A stretch of DNA of 60,267 nucleotides, from NCBI GenBank assembly GCA_003132525.1, contig PKXZ01000015.1:50204-110470 (forward strand), given 5' to 3'. Source of the stretch: Candidatus Dormiibacterota bacterium. GTDB taxonomy: Bacteria; Chloroflexota; Dormibacteria; Aeolococcales; Aeolococcaceae. The position numbers were made by a program, and so were the translations under genes. The notes beneath the pieces were generated by a model, which saw nothing but the letters and a program-made list of their open reading frames with translations, was not told the origin of the DNA and made no database searches. Positions 28,468 to 38,127 of the stretch are shown one piece after another (positions within the stretch are counted from its first letter, which is position 1; the number at the start of each line of letters is the position of its first letter).

Positions 28468-29880
28468 GACCGGTCGAGGGGACGGCGCCGACCAGGTGAC
28501 GCTGATCAATCCAGTCAGGAGGGCCACCACAAGCAGCAGGAGAGCCACTGCGGTGAGGCCATGGCCGGTGGCAAAGACGAGGGAGGTGAGCGCCACGCCC
28601 AGGGCCGTTCCGAGCCCACGCGTCATGTTCAGCAGCCCGCCGGCCGAGCCGGCACGCTCCTGGGGTGCCGCGAACATGGTCGCGGCGTTGTTGGCGGCGA
28701 CGAAGAGCCCCATCCCGACTCCGGCGACTGCCAGCGCCACCACGGTCAGGTCCGCCCGAGTTGCCGAGACGGCGAGGAGCGCCATTCCGGCTGCGGTCAA
28801 GAGCATGCCGAGCCCCGTCGGGAAGCGGGGTCCAACCCGGTCTCGGATCGCCCCGCCAAGGGGAGCCGCCAGCGCCAGCGCGACGGGGAGCGAGCTGAGC
28901 TCGAGCCCCGTCTGGCCGGCCCCGACGTGGAGCGAGTTCTCGAGGTAGAAGGGGACGCCAACCAAGGTGCCGAAGAGAACGGCGTACGACAGCATCGCGG
29001 CGGCGACGCCGGCATCAAACGCCGGGACCCGGATCAGCGCGGCATCGACGACCGACCCGGGCGCGCTCCGCTGACGCGCCAGCGCTCCGATGAGGAGCGC
29101 GCAGGCAACAACGACCAGCCCGGGCTCGACCCAGGCTGCCGTCCCCGATTGCGCGGCGAACGACAGTCCCGCGAGCACGGCCGCTGGGATCGCGGCGAGC
29201 AGGAGCGTCCCATACGGGTCGATGCGGCTCGTCGGGTCGTGGTGCGTGCTGCGCGGAAGGAAGAGCAACCCGAGCGCGAGCCCGATGAGCCCAATTGGGA
29301 TGTTCACGAGAAAGATGAGCCGCCAGCCGCCGAGCGCCGTCAACGCCCCGCCGAGCGCCGGTCCGACACAGAGCCCGAAGGCCTGAGCCGCTCCCTGCAC
29401 ACCGAGCCCCGTGCCCAGGCGTCCGGCGGGAAGTACATCGCGGATGAGCGCGTAGGAGTTTGCCTGGAGCATCACGGCGCCGACCGCCTGGACGAGGCGC
29501 GCGATGACGAGCAGACCGAGTGATGGCGCCAGTGCACACGCGGCCGAGCCGAAGACGAAGACGCCGAAGCCATACGTGTAGAGCAGCTTCCGGCCGACCC
29601 GATCGGCGATCCTCCCAACTGCCGCAACCGTGCCTGCCAGGACGAGCACGTAGATGAGCACCACCCATTCGACACTCGCGATGGATGCGTGTAGGTTGGT
29701 ACGGATGAACGGGAGCGCCGTGGCCACGATGCTTGCGTCGAGCTGTCCCATGAAGGCGCCGACGCAGACGGTCGCCACCGCGAGCCAGGGAGCAGAGTGG
29801 AGCGCTCTGATGCGTGCCGGACGCCGAGGTTCGGTGAGGATCCGCGGGGTGCCGCGTCGCGGCGCCTCGGGGTCAGACAC
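28456..29880 (-). CDS. MFS transporter, DHA2 (EmrB/QacA-like, 14-TMS type)
   Basis: Polytopic protein with MFS motif A-like GRIADRVGRK. Confidence 0.75.
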   Translation of the reverse strand: MSDPEAPRRGTPRILTEPRRPARIRALHSAPWLAVATVCVGAFMGQLDASIVATALPFIRTNLHASIASVEWVVLIYVLVLAGTVAAVGRIADRVGRKLLYTYGFGVFVFGSAACALAPSLGLLVIARLVQAVGAVMLQANSYALIRDVLPAGRLGTGLGVQGAAQAFGLCVGPALGGALTALGGWRLIFLVNIPIGLIGLALGLLFLPRSTHHDPTSRIDPYGTLLLAAIPAAVLAGLSFAAQSGTAAWVEPGLVVVACALLIGALARQRSAPGSVVDAALIRVPAFDAGVAAAMLSYAVLFGTLVGVPFYLENSLHVGAGQTGLELSSLPVALALAAPLGGAIRDRVGPRFPTGLGMLLTAAGMALLAVSATRADLTVVALAVAGVGMGLFVAANNAATMFAAPQERAGSAGGLLNMTRGLGTALGVALTSLVFATGHGLTAVALLLLVVALLTGLISVTWSAPSPRPVSVF

Positions 29881-30077
29881 GGACGCTCACGCCTCGCTGC
29901 TCACCGTGCTCCGGGGCGATCGCCATGACCACATCATCCAGCACAGCCGCCCGATGAGCCGGGTTCGGCTGCACTTGTCTCCACCCAGTGACGGAACGAT
30001 GGTCCCCGAGATCGAAATGATTCCGCGGTCGATACTGCGATGACGCACCTATCCCCGCGCCCTGGAGGCCGCATCCG

Positions 30078-30467
30078 TTGACCCAGCAGCGCATCCTTCT
30101 CGCTGACGACGAACCGCGCCTGCTGCACGTCGTCGGGCTGTACCTCAGCATGGAAGGATTCGAGGTCAGAGAGGCTTCGGACGGCAGCGAGGCGATTGCG
30201 ATGCTCGACACCGAGCAGTTCGACCTGGCGATCCTCGACGTGATGATGCCGGGCGTCGACGGCATCGAGGTCTGCCGCCACATTCGCTCGCAGCCTGCGA
30301 CGCAATCGATGCCGGTGCTCGTGTTCACGTCGCTGTCCTCGGACAAGGACGTCGAGCGTGCACGGCTTGCCGGCGCCAACCACTTGATCACCAAGCCGTT
30401 CAGCCTGCCGGGACTCGGAGCGGTGGTCCGCTCCTGCTTCGAGGACGCGCCCGCACTGGCCGGTTGA
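30078..30467 (+). CDS. Stand-alone response-regulator receiver domain (CheY-like)
   Basis: ILLADDE, the phospho-acceptor context LAILDVMMPGVDG, and ITKPF. TTG start; no output domain. Confidence 0.8.
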   Translation: MTQQRILLADDEPRLLHVVGLYLSMEGFEVREASDGSEAIAMLDTEQFDLAILDVMMPGVDGIEVCRHIRSQPATQSMPVLVFTSLSSDKDVERARLAGANHLITKPFSLPGLGAVVRSCFEDAPALAG

Positions 30468-30516
30468 GCCGCTTTCGCTCAGCCGGCCGCGACCAGACCG
30501 CCTCAGGCTGCTGAGC

Positions 30517-31278
30517 TCAGGCGATCGCCCGGGTGAACCGGCGCGCTCCGATGAGGACACCAACGACGGCCAGCGCCGCCATGATCGCGAGCCCCTCGAA
30601 AACGGCCTGGTCGAACCCCTTCCCGTTGAAGAGATCGCGCGCTGCGTTCACCGCGTAGGAGAGTGGATTCGCCTTGGCGATGTCCTGCAACCACTGCGGT
30701 GCCAGGTCGAGCGGGAGCAGCACGCCGCTGAGCAGCAACAGTGGCAGCGAGAGCGTGAAGATCAGTGGCGCGTACGAGTCCTCGCTCTTCAATGCGAGCG
30801 CCGCAGCGTAGGCGAGTGACGACATCCCGAGCCCGATCAGCGCAACCAGTCCGAGCATGACGATGATGCCGACAACCGTCGGCTTGAGTCCGAAGGGAAT
30901 GGCGAGCAGCAGCAGGATCAGCGACTGCACCATCATCGTGACGATGTCGCGGAGCGCGCGGCCGAGCAGCAGCGCGAAACGGCTGACGGGCGTCACGCGG
31001 AATCGCTCGATGACCCCGGCGCGAAGCTCGGCGATCAGGCCGAATCCCACGCCGCTTGCACCGAAGAGTCCGAGCTGGATGAGCAATCCTGGAACGAACA
31101 CGTTGTATGCGCCGCCTGCAGGAAAGCCCGAGAGGTGGACCAGCGATTTCAGCAGTGGCGCGAAGAGCACCAGGTACAGCAGCGGTTGAATGACTCCGAT
31201 CGCGACCCACGCCGGGTTGCGCAGGAACACCATCAGATAGCGTTGAAACATGAGCCAGGTGTCTTTGAGAAACTTCAT
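30517..31278 (-). CDS. ABC-2 type exporter permease
   Basis: Six-TMS ABC-2 membrane protein lying downstream of the DrrA-like ATPase. Confidence 0.75.
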   Translation of the reverse strand: MKFLKDTWLMFQRYLMVFLRNPAWVAIGVIQPLLYLVLFAPLLKSLVHLSGFPAGGAYNVFVPGLLIQLGLFGASGVGFGLIAELRAGVIERFRVTPVSRFALLLGRALRDIVTMMVQSLILLLLAIPFGLKPTVVGIIVMLGLVALIGLGMSSLAYAAALALKSEDSYAPLIFTLSLPLLLLSGVLLPLDLAPQWLQDIAKANPLSYAVNAARDLFNGKGFDQAVFEGLAIMAALAVVGVLIGARRFTRAIA

Positions 31279-31290
31279 CGCGATTCCCTC

Positions 31291-32231
<941 letters not shown>

Positions 32232-32235
<4 letters not shown>

Positions 32236-32942
32236 GGTGTCTCCTCCCTGTGGGTTGATGCGGGCTCACGCCGCTCCCGCTGGGGCAGCTTGGTGGGGTG
32301 GGTTTCCCGGAGGCGGTTGCGACGCTCCGCGTCGGCCGCGTGCATCGCCTCGAAATGCGCTCGGATCAGCGCTTCGTTCCAGATGAGCGCGCCCGACTGC
32401 ATGTCCGCGATGATCGAGCGGATCCACTCGATCTCGGCCGACGCGAGCGCCATGGCGTGTTCCAGTTCGAGCAGGACGAGCCGGGGAAGCCCGAGGTCGT
32501 CCTGGGCCATGCTGAGCGTCGACGCGAGCGCTGAGACTCGGGCGTGGAGGGCGACCACGCGAGTCGCCAGCGCTCCCTCTGCCCGCTCCTGGGTGATGTA
32601 CCCGAGCAGGCCGACCGCAACCTGGAACACCGGCGTCTCGTCGACCGGCGTGGCGAGCAGATCAGCGAGCCAGTTTTCGAGCTCCTCGCTGCCCTCGGGG
32701 GTGATCCGGTAGACGGTCCGCTCCGGTCTCCGGCCATCGCGGCTCACCTCGAGGGGCTCGATGTAGCCGGCCGCCTCGAGCTCGTCGATGGCCCGGTAGA
32801 GCGTGCGCGTCTTGCCCACGGCGTATGCCTTGTGGCGCTCCCTGAGCAGGCGCTGGATCTCGTACGGATGGCACGGCTGCTCGCTGAGCAGGCTGAGCGT
32901 GGTCAGCGCCACCATGTCCTTAGGTTGAGTGCGGATTTCCAT
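32232..32942 (-). CDS. PadR family transcriptional regulator with an extended C-terminal domain
   Basis: wHTH region HPYEIQRLLRERH...RTLYRAIDELEAAGYIE; 4-nt overlap with the ABC ATPase gene. Confidence 0.8.
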
Positions 32943-32943
32943 A

Positions 32944-32971
32944 TTGCGTTGCGCATTATAGCACGACGCAA
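32944..32971 (-). promoter_or_regulatory. padR promoter/operator: a TATAAT -10 box flanked by the inverted repeat TTGCGT/ACGCAA
   Basis: On the minus strand, TATAAT is at comp(32955..32960), 12 nt upstream of the ATG. The repeat arms are at 32944..32949 and 32966..32971. Confidence 0.45.
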
Positions 32972-32983
32972 GCTTCCGGCGCC

Positions 32984-34198
32984 TCAGTCCTCGGGGTGCC
33001 GGGCCACCTCGTGGTGCTCCTGCAGATACTCGCGAATCGCGATCAGTGCCGCGATGCCGTCGCCCACCGCAGAGCCGAGTTGCTTGGTGGACCCGCGGCG
33101 GACGTCGCCGGCGGCGAAGACGCCAGGCATCGACGTCCTGAACCCGCCCTTGTCGTCGACAAAGCCACGCGCATCGAGGTCGACGCTGCCGCGGAGGAAC
33201 GCGGTGTTGGGATCGAGGCCGATGAACACGAACGCCGCGCGAGGGGTGACCACCTGTTCCTCGCCGGTGGCGCGGTCCCGGATGCGCACCGACTCGAGGT
33301 GGCCCTTTCCGGCGAATTCGACGACCTCGGTGTTGCGATGCACGACGAAGCGCGGGTCGTTGTTGATCTTGTCCTGGAGGAGCCGCGACGCCGTGAGCTC
33401 AGGATCTCGCTGCACGATGCGGATGCGCTCGGCGAACCGAGTCAGAAAGAGCCCTTCCTCGAGCGCCGAGTTTCCGCCACCAATGACTAGAAGCTCTTCG
33501 GCTCCGCGATAGAATGGGCCGTCGCACGTGGCGCAGAAATGGACGCCGGCGCCGATGAGGTCGTCCTCGCCGAGGACGCCGAGGCGCCGGTAGGAGGATC
33601 CCGTCGCAATCAACGCTGCGTGGGTCTCGATCTCCTGTCCGCTCGCCAGGCGCAGGCAGATGTCGCCAGCCTCGGAACCCTCCGCGGCGATGTGCTCGAC
33701 GCTCACCGCGCTGAGCAGCTCCACCTCATAGCGACGCGCCTGCGCGATGAAACGCTCGGCGAGATCCGCACCGCCCACGCCCTCTGGAAAGCCCGGATAG
33801 TTGTCGATGCGCTCGGTGACGCCCGCCTGCCCGCCGAGACCGCTGCGCTCGATCACCACCGCATCGATGCCTTCTCGCGCCGCGTAGATCGCCGCCGCGA
33901 GGCCGGCGGGTCCGCCGCCGATGATCGCCAGGTCGTAGCATTCCTGCTTGGCGTCAAGGGTCAGCCCGAGCTTCCGTGCCAGCTCCTCGTTGGTCGGTTC
34001 GACGAGCACCTCGGTGCCGTCGAAGACGATCGTCGGGATCGAGCGGCCGCCGTGCTGCAACTCCTCGACGTGCTGGAGCGCGCTCGCGTCCTGGTCGATG
34101 TCGACCCAGTCGTATGCGACACGCTGTTCCGCGAGAAATCGCTTGGCTCGCTTGCAGTCCGGGCACCACGGCGCGCCGTAGACGGTGATCTGTGGCAT
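32984..34198 (-). CDS. Glutaredoxin/NrdH-like domain fused to thioredoxin-disulfide reductase
   Basis: N-terminal ITVYGAPWCPDCKRAKRFL (CxxC redoxin), then IIGGGPAGLAAAIYAAR (FAD), CATCDG (redox-active disulfide) and GGGNSALEEG (NADPH). Confidence 0.85.
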   Translation of the reverse strand: MPQITVYGAPWCPDCKRAKRFLAEQRVAYDWVDIDQDASALQHVEELQHGGRSIPTIVFDGTEVLVEPTNEELARKLGLTLDAKQECYDLAIIGGGPAGLAAAIYAAREGIDAVVIERSGLGGQAGVTERIDNYPGFPEGVGGADLAERFIAQARRYEVELLSAVSVEHIAAEGSEAGDICLRLASGQEIETHAALIATGSSYRRLGVLGEDDLIGAGVHFCATCDGPFYRGAEELLVIGGGNSALEEGLFLTRFAERIRIVQRDPELTASRLLQDKINNDPRFVVHRNTEVVEFAGKGHLESVRIRDRATGEEQVVTPRAAFVFIGLDPNTAFLRGSVDLDARGFVDDKGGFRTSMPGVFAAGDVRRGSTKQLGSAVGDGIAALIAIREYLQEHHEVARHPED

Positions 34199-34704
34199 CA
34201 GGTCAGCTTGGTCAGATCTGTGCTGATCCCGACCAGGGTGCCGAGGAAGCGATCGACGATGTCGCCCTTGGCGTCGATGATGATCACCGTCGGTGGATCG
34301 AGCACGTTGTACTCGGAGATGATCACCTCGCTGGTGTCGTTGACGCTCGGGTACGGCACCTTGAAGTCGCGTTCATATGCGGCGCCGTTGGCGGTGGAGT
34401 CCTGCTCGTCCACGCCGAGGAAGATCACGCCTTTGGGCATCCACTGCTTCGCGAGCGTGTTGAGCCCCGGCTGTTCAGCATTGCACGGGCTGCACCACGA
34501 ACCCCAGAAGTCCAGGACGACGACGTGCCCCTTGGTCGACGACCAGTCGAACTGCGGACCGGCCAAGGTTGGTGCGCTGATCGGCGTCGCGGGACCGACC
34601 GGGCCATTGCCGTTGATCGGCACCGAGCCGAGATCCTGTTGCAGCCCGCATCCGGCAAGCATCAGCGCTGCCACGATCCCGGTCGCAAGCACCCCTGTCC
34701 TCAC
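34198..34704 (-). CDS. TlpA/ResA-like thiol-disulfide oxidoreductase lipoprotein
   Basis: Lipobox MLAGC and the thioredoxin-fold motif FWGSWCSPC. Confidence 0.8.
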   Translation of the reverse strand: MRTGVLATGIVAALMLAGCGLQQDLGSVPINGNGPVGPATPISAPTLAGPQFDWSSTKGHVVVLDFWGSWCSPCNAEQPGLNTLAKQWMPKGVIFLGVDEQDSTANGAAYERDFKVPYPSVNDTSEVIISEYNVLDPPTVIIIDAKGDIVDRFLGTLVGISTDLTKLT

Positions 34705-35528
34705 GGCGTGACCGCCAGGTCCTCGAGCACCAGCTCTGCCAGGTTCTGGTCACCTTCGACAACAACACGTGAGCGGGCACCGGGGTCGTCCGCACGGCCG
34801 CAGGTGAGCACGGTCAGGGTGGGCAGGTCGAGCCGGAGCGTCGACGCGGGCTTGTCGGGAATCGTCGTCCCAGCCCGGCCCTTCTCACCGTCAAAGGTGA
34901 TCGACCGCAGCGCCCCACCCGGGCCCGTGACATCGAAGACGAGGGCGGTACCGGACGGAGGTGCGATGCGCTCCTGGAGCTCGTATCCAGCGCCGATGAG
35001 CATCCGCTCGCGGCTGTGCGCCGCCGCGATCCCGTCGAGGCCACCGGTGTGGCTCAGGGCGCGGCGAAGGTCCTGTTCGTGGCTCCAGAGATCGAAGACG
35101 CGGATGGTGAGCATCGAGCGGACCTTGGACTCGCCGAACAGGCCGCGGCCCATCTCGTCGAGCTGCGAATCCTCGAGGCCCTCGAGACGCGCCAACCGTT
35201 GCGAGGTGACGTCGCGATACTCCGCGAGGAGGTCGGCCAGGGATACGCTCCGGCGGGTGTCGACGCCGATCTCCATGAAGGCCCCCGGGTCATTGCGGAT
35301 GTAGGGGAGCCCCTCCGGCACGGTGTGCTCCACCCTCATCCGGCCGATGAGGATGCTTTCGATGTCGGTGATGTGGGCGACGTGGTCGCGCACCGTCCAG
35401 CCCGGGCACCCGGTGGGCACCAGGGCCCGCTCATCGTCGAGCGACTCGGCGAGCGTGCTGACGTTCGAGAAGATCTCCGCGTAGGCGGCGCGGAAGCCAT
35501 CGGCCGTCGTGATAATCCCGCTCTCCAT
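34701..35528 (-). CDS. Maleylpyruvate isomerase family mycothiol-dependent enzyme (MDMPI/DinB N-terminal domain)
   Basis: CPGWTVRDHVAHI motif. Start trimmed to the ATG at comp(35526..35528), since the upstream part of track ORF 34701..35801 is low-complexity. Confidence 0.65.
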   Translation of the reverse strand: MESGIITTADGFRAAYAEIFSNVSTLAESLDDERALVPTGCPGWTVRDHVAHITDIESILIGRMRVEHTVPEGLPYIRNDPGAFMEIGVDTRRSVSLADLLAEYRDVTSQRLARLEGLEDSQLDEMGRGLFGESKVRSMLTIRVFDLWSHEQDLRRALSHTGGLDGIAAAHSRERMLIGAGYELQERIAPPSGTALVFDVTGPGGALRSITFDGEKGRAGTTIPDKPASTLRLDLPTLTVLTCGRADDPGARSRVVVEGDQNLAELVLEDLAVTP

Positions 35529-35565
35529 CGACGTGCAGCCTAGCGCGTCGCCACAATCAATCGCG

Positions 35566-36303
35566 ATGCCAGAGGGTGCAGACGCCGGCAGCGCCGCCGG
35601 CATGAGCGCGGTCAATTCGTCGGGGTTTCCGGCTCCGGCGGGCCTGTATGCCGTCCCGGTGGTGCTCGCACCGCTGTCGGGGCGTCTCCATGTCCTCCTC
35701 GTGCAACGGGCTGAGGCGCCCTTCGCGGGGAAGTGGGTGCTCCCGGGCGGATTCATGAGCCCGAGCGAGCGGCCGGAGGAGACGGCCCAGCGCAAGCTCA
35801 CCGAGAAGACAGGGGTCGGCGCTGTGTACCTCGAGCAGTTGGAGACCTACGGGGATCCGCAGCGCGACCCGCGCGGCTGGATACCGACAGTTGCGTACCT
35901 CGCCCTCATCGACGCCGCGGTGCTCCGAGCCGAGGAGCGGGGTGCACGTTGGGAACCCGTCGACGCGCTGCCGCCCCTGGGCTTCGATCACCAGCAGATC
36001 GTCGTCGATGCCGTCGAGCGCCTGCGCGGCAAGCTCTGGTGGTCGAACATCGCTGTGGGTCTGCTTCCCGAGCGCTTCACCATGCCGCAGGCGCGGCGGG
36101 TGTTCGAAGCGATCAGCGGCGTGACGTACGAACCGTCGAACTTCCGGCGTGAGCTGGAGCAGTCGGGTCTCGTGCGAGCCACCGGCACGCTCGCCAAAGG
36201 AGGACCCGGACGTCCCGCTGCGATGTACGAATTCGTCGAGCGCCAGCCGGCGTGGAGCCTTCGGCGTTCGCGACCGCCGGCGATGTTGCGACATCGCGTC
36301 TGA
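35566..36303 (+). CDS. NrtR-like regulator: a degenerate NUDIX domain plus a C-terminal winged-helix
   Basis: The Nudix box reads GGFMSPSERPEETAQRKLTEKTGV, with RE changed to RK and EE to EK. The C-terminal wHTH-like region is FTMPQARRVFEAISG...NFRRELEQSGLV. The start is uncertain (35566 or 35602). Confidence 0.6.
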   Translation: MPEGADAGSAAGMSAVNSSGFPAPAGLYAVPVVLAPLSGRLHVLLVQRAEAPFAGKWVLPGGFMSPSERPEETAQRKLTEKTGVGAVYLEQLETYGDPQRDPRGWIPTVAYLALIDAAVLRAEERGARWEPVDALPPLGFDHQQIVVDAVERLRGKLWWSNIAVGLLPERFTMPQARRVFEAISGVTYEPSNFRRELEQSGLVRATGTLAKGGPGRPAAMYEFVERQPAWSLRRSRPPAMLRHRV

Positions 36304-36399
36304 TCCGCGACCGCCGACCTTCACTCAACTGCTCGCGCATGGGTCACGATACCGCGCGATTGGGCGCCCACCTCCAGCACCCACGCGAGGAGACTTGAC

Positions 36400-36945
36400 A
36401 TGACCGACCAGCCAGTCCCGCCGGCTCCGCTCCCGGCACCAGTCCAGATCCCAAGGGTCGAAGAGCTCTTCCAGCACATACCCCATCCGCGCATCGCTGA
36501 GCGCAAACACGACAGGCCGGTCAAGGTCAAGGACGAGAGCGTTGGAGTCAACGGCAAGGTGGCGCTGATCATCACCGCAGTGGTGGGGACGATGTGGGCC
36601 GCATACATCTTCGCGCTCATCGCCCTGATCTCACTGCCGTCGGCGATCCAAAGCGGCAACGCAACCATCCTCGTCGCATGGATCAGCTCGAACTTCATCC
36701 AGTTGGTCTTGCTGCCCATCATCATCGTGGGACAGAACATCCAGGGCAAGGCAGCCGATAAGCGTTCCGAGCAGACCTACAAGGACGCCGAGGCGATCCT
36801 CAGCGAATGCCTGCAGCTCCAGTCGCATCTCCAGGCCCAGGACACGGTGCTCGACGATGTCGTCGCCCACGTCAAGCAGCATCACGAGGAGTTGCAACGG
36901 CTCTCAGCGAGAGTTGGCCCGGCAAACGCTCCTGGGACCGCATAG
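36400..36945 (+). CDS. DUF1003-like two-TMS membrane protein with a C-terminal coiled-coil
   Basis: SD gaggag lies 7 nt before the ATG. Two hydrophobic helices are followed by IIVGQNIQGKAADKRSEQTYKDAEAI, which resembles the DUF1003 SQNRQ...D...AE core. Local GC is 58% (hand count of 36601..36700). Confidence 0.4.
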   Translation: MTDQPVPPAPLPAPVQIPRVEELFQHIPHPRIAERKHDRPVKVKDESVGVNGKVALIITAVVGTMWAAYIFALIALISLPSAIQSGNATILVAWISSNFIQLVLLPIIIVGQNIQGKAADKRSEQTYKDAEAILSECLQLQSHLQAQDTVLDDVVAHVKQHHEELQRLSARVGPANAPGTA

Positions 36946-37075
36946 AGTAGTAGCCGGACGGCATCACGCGTCTCTCTGGCACTGGGCGGCGCATCGTGCG
37001 TCTCGCGGGTGTGCCGGTCACCTAGCGTCGGCGTGTGCTGCATGTTCACACCGGCGCGCTCGCGCCACTGTGAGC

Positions 37076-38098
37076 GTGTTGACGTGCGCACTCGGTCCCG
37101 ATGCTGCGGGAACAGTGCTGATGCGGCTGCTGAGACGGGCAAGTCGAAACATCGATGCGGCCATCTACGAGGTCGGTCCATCGTATCGATGGGCGCTGAT
37201 CCGCGCGGCTGAGCGCGGCGTGCGCGTGCGCCTCGTGCTCGACGCGCATGTCTCCGACGGCAACGCATCCACCGCACGCGCTTTGACGGCCGCCGGCGCC
37301 GAGTGCCGCGTTGCCGGGGTGGGGGCTGATGCCGCCCATGGCAAGCTGCTGATCGTTGACGGGACCGTCGCAGTCGGCAGCGGGAATCTCATCTGGCGGG
37401 ACGCGCCGCGGGATCCGCATCTGCGTCTGCCTCCCTATGGCCCGCCATTGGCCGGGACACGGGAGTGGTGGGCTACCGCCTCCAGCTCCCGCCGGCTCCG
37501 TCGGTCGTCGGCGGATGTCTTCGAAGCCCACTGGACCACGGCGACGGCGCCTCCCCAGCGTTGGGCGGACGTGCCTGACGTGACCGAGCCCGAGGTGAGC
37601 GCTCCGCTGCCCCAGGTTCCCCCGAGGCGCATCTGCATTTCATCGCGACGCGTAGCCCTGGTCATTGGCGGAGCAGCAATCGAACAGACACTTGGCGAGA
37701 TGGTGTCGGCCGCTCGCCGGCATGTCCTCGTGACGGTTCCCTATGTACGTCCCGAGGCTCCAGCAGTTCGAGCGGTGCTTGACCGGATGGCCCAGGCACG
37801 CTCGCGAGGCGTGGAGTGTGCGCTTCTACTCGGTGCGATCCCCGCTCCAGGCGATGCCGAACGCCTGGCGGCGCTGCCATTCGAGGTGCGCCGCATGGAC
37901 CCGGCACGATCGACTTCCGGGCATGCCAAGGGGATCGTGGCTGATGGCGCCGCGTTGGTCTCCTCGGCGAACTGGAGCGCTGCCGGTCTGGGCGGCAACT
38001 GGGAGGCCGCGCTGCGCATCGACCATGCGGGTGCGGCCGCCTACTACGAGGCGGCGTGGCGTCGCGACTGGGCCACGGCACTCGCACTCGACGTTTGA
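37076..38098 (+). CDS. Phospholipase D-like protein with two HKD motifs and no signal peptide
   Basis: HGKLLIVDGTVAVGSGNL and HAKGIVADGAALVSSANWS. Start uncertain (GTG at 37076 or ATG at 37121). Confidence 0.75.
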   Translation: MLTCALGPDAAGTVLMRLLRRASRNIDAAIYEVGPSYRWALIRAAERGVRVRLVLDAHVSDGNASTARALTAAGAECRVAGVGADAAHGKLLIVDGTVAVGSGNLIWRDAPRDPHLRLPPYGPPLAGTREWWATASSSRRLRRSSADVFEAHWTTATAPPQRWADVPDVTEPEVSAPLPQVPPRRICISSRRVALVIGGAAIEQTLGEMVSAARRHVLVTVPYVRPEAPAVRAVLDRMAQARSRGVECALLLGAIPAPGDAERLAALPFEVRRMDPARSTSGHAKGIVADGAALVSSANWSAAGLGGNWEAALRIDHAGAAAYYEAAWRRDWATALALDV

Positions 38099-38127
38099 CC
38101 CCGAAAGGGCTCGTCTATTCTCTTGGG

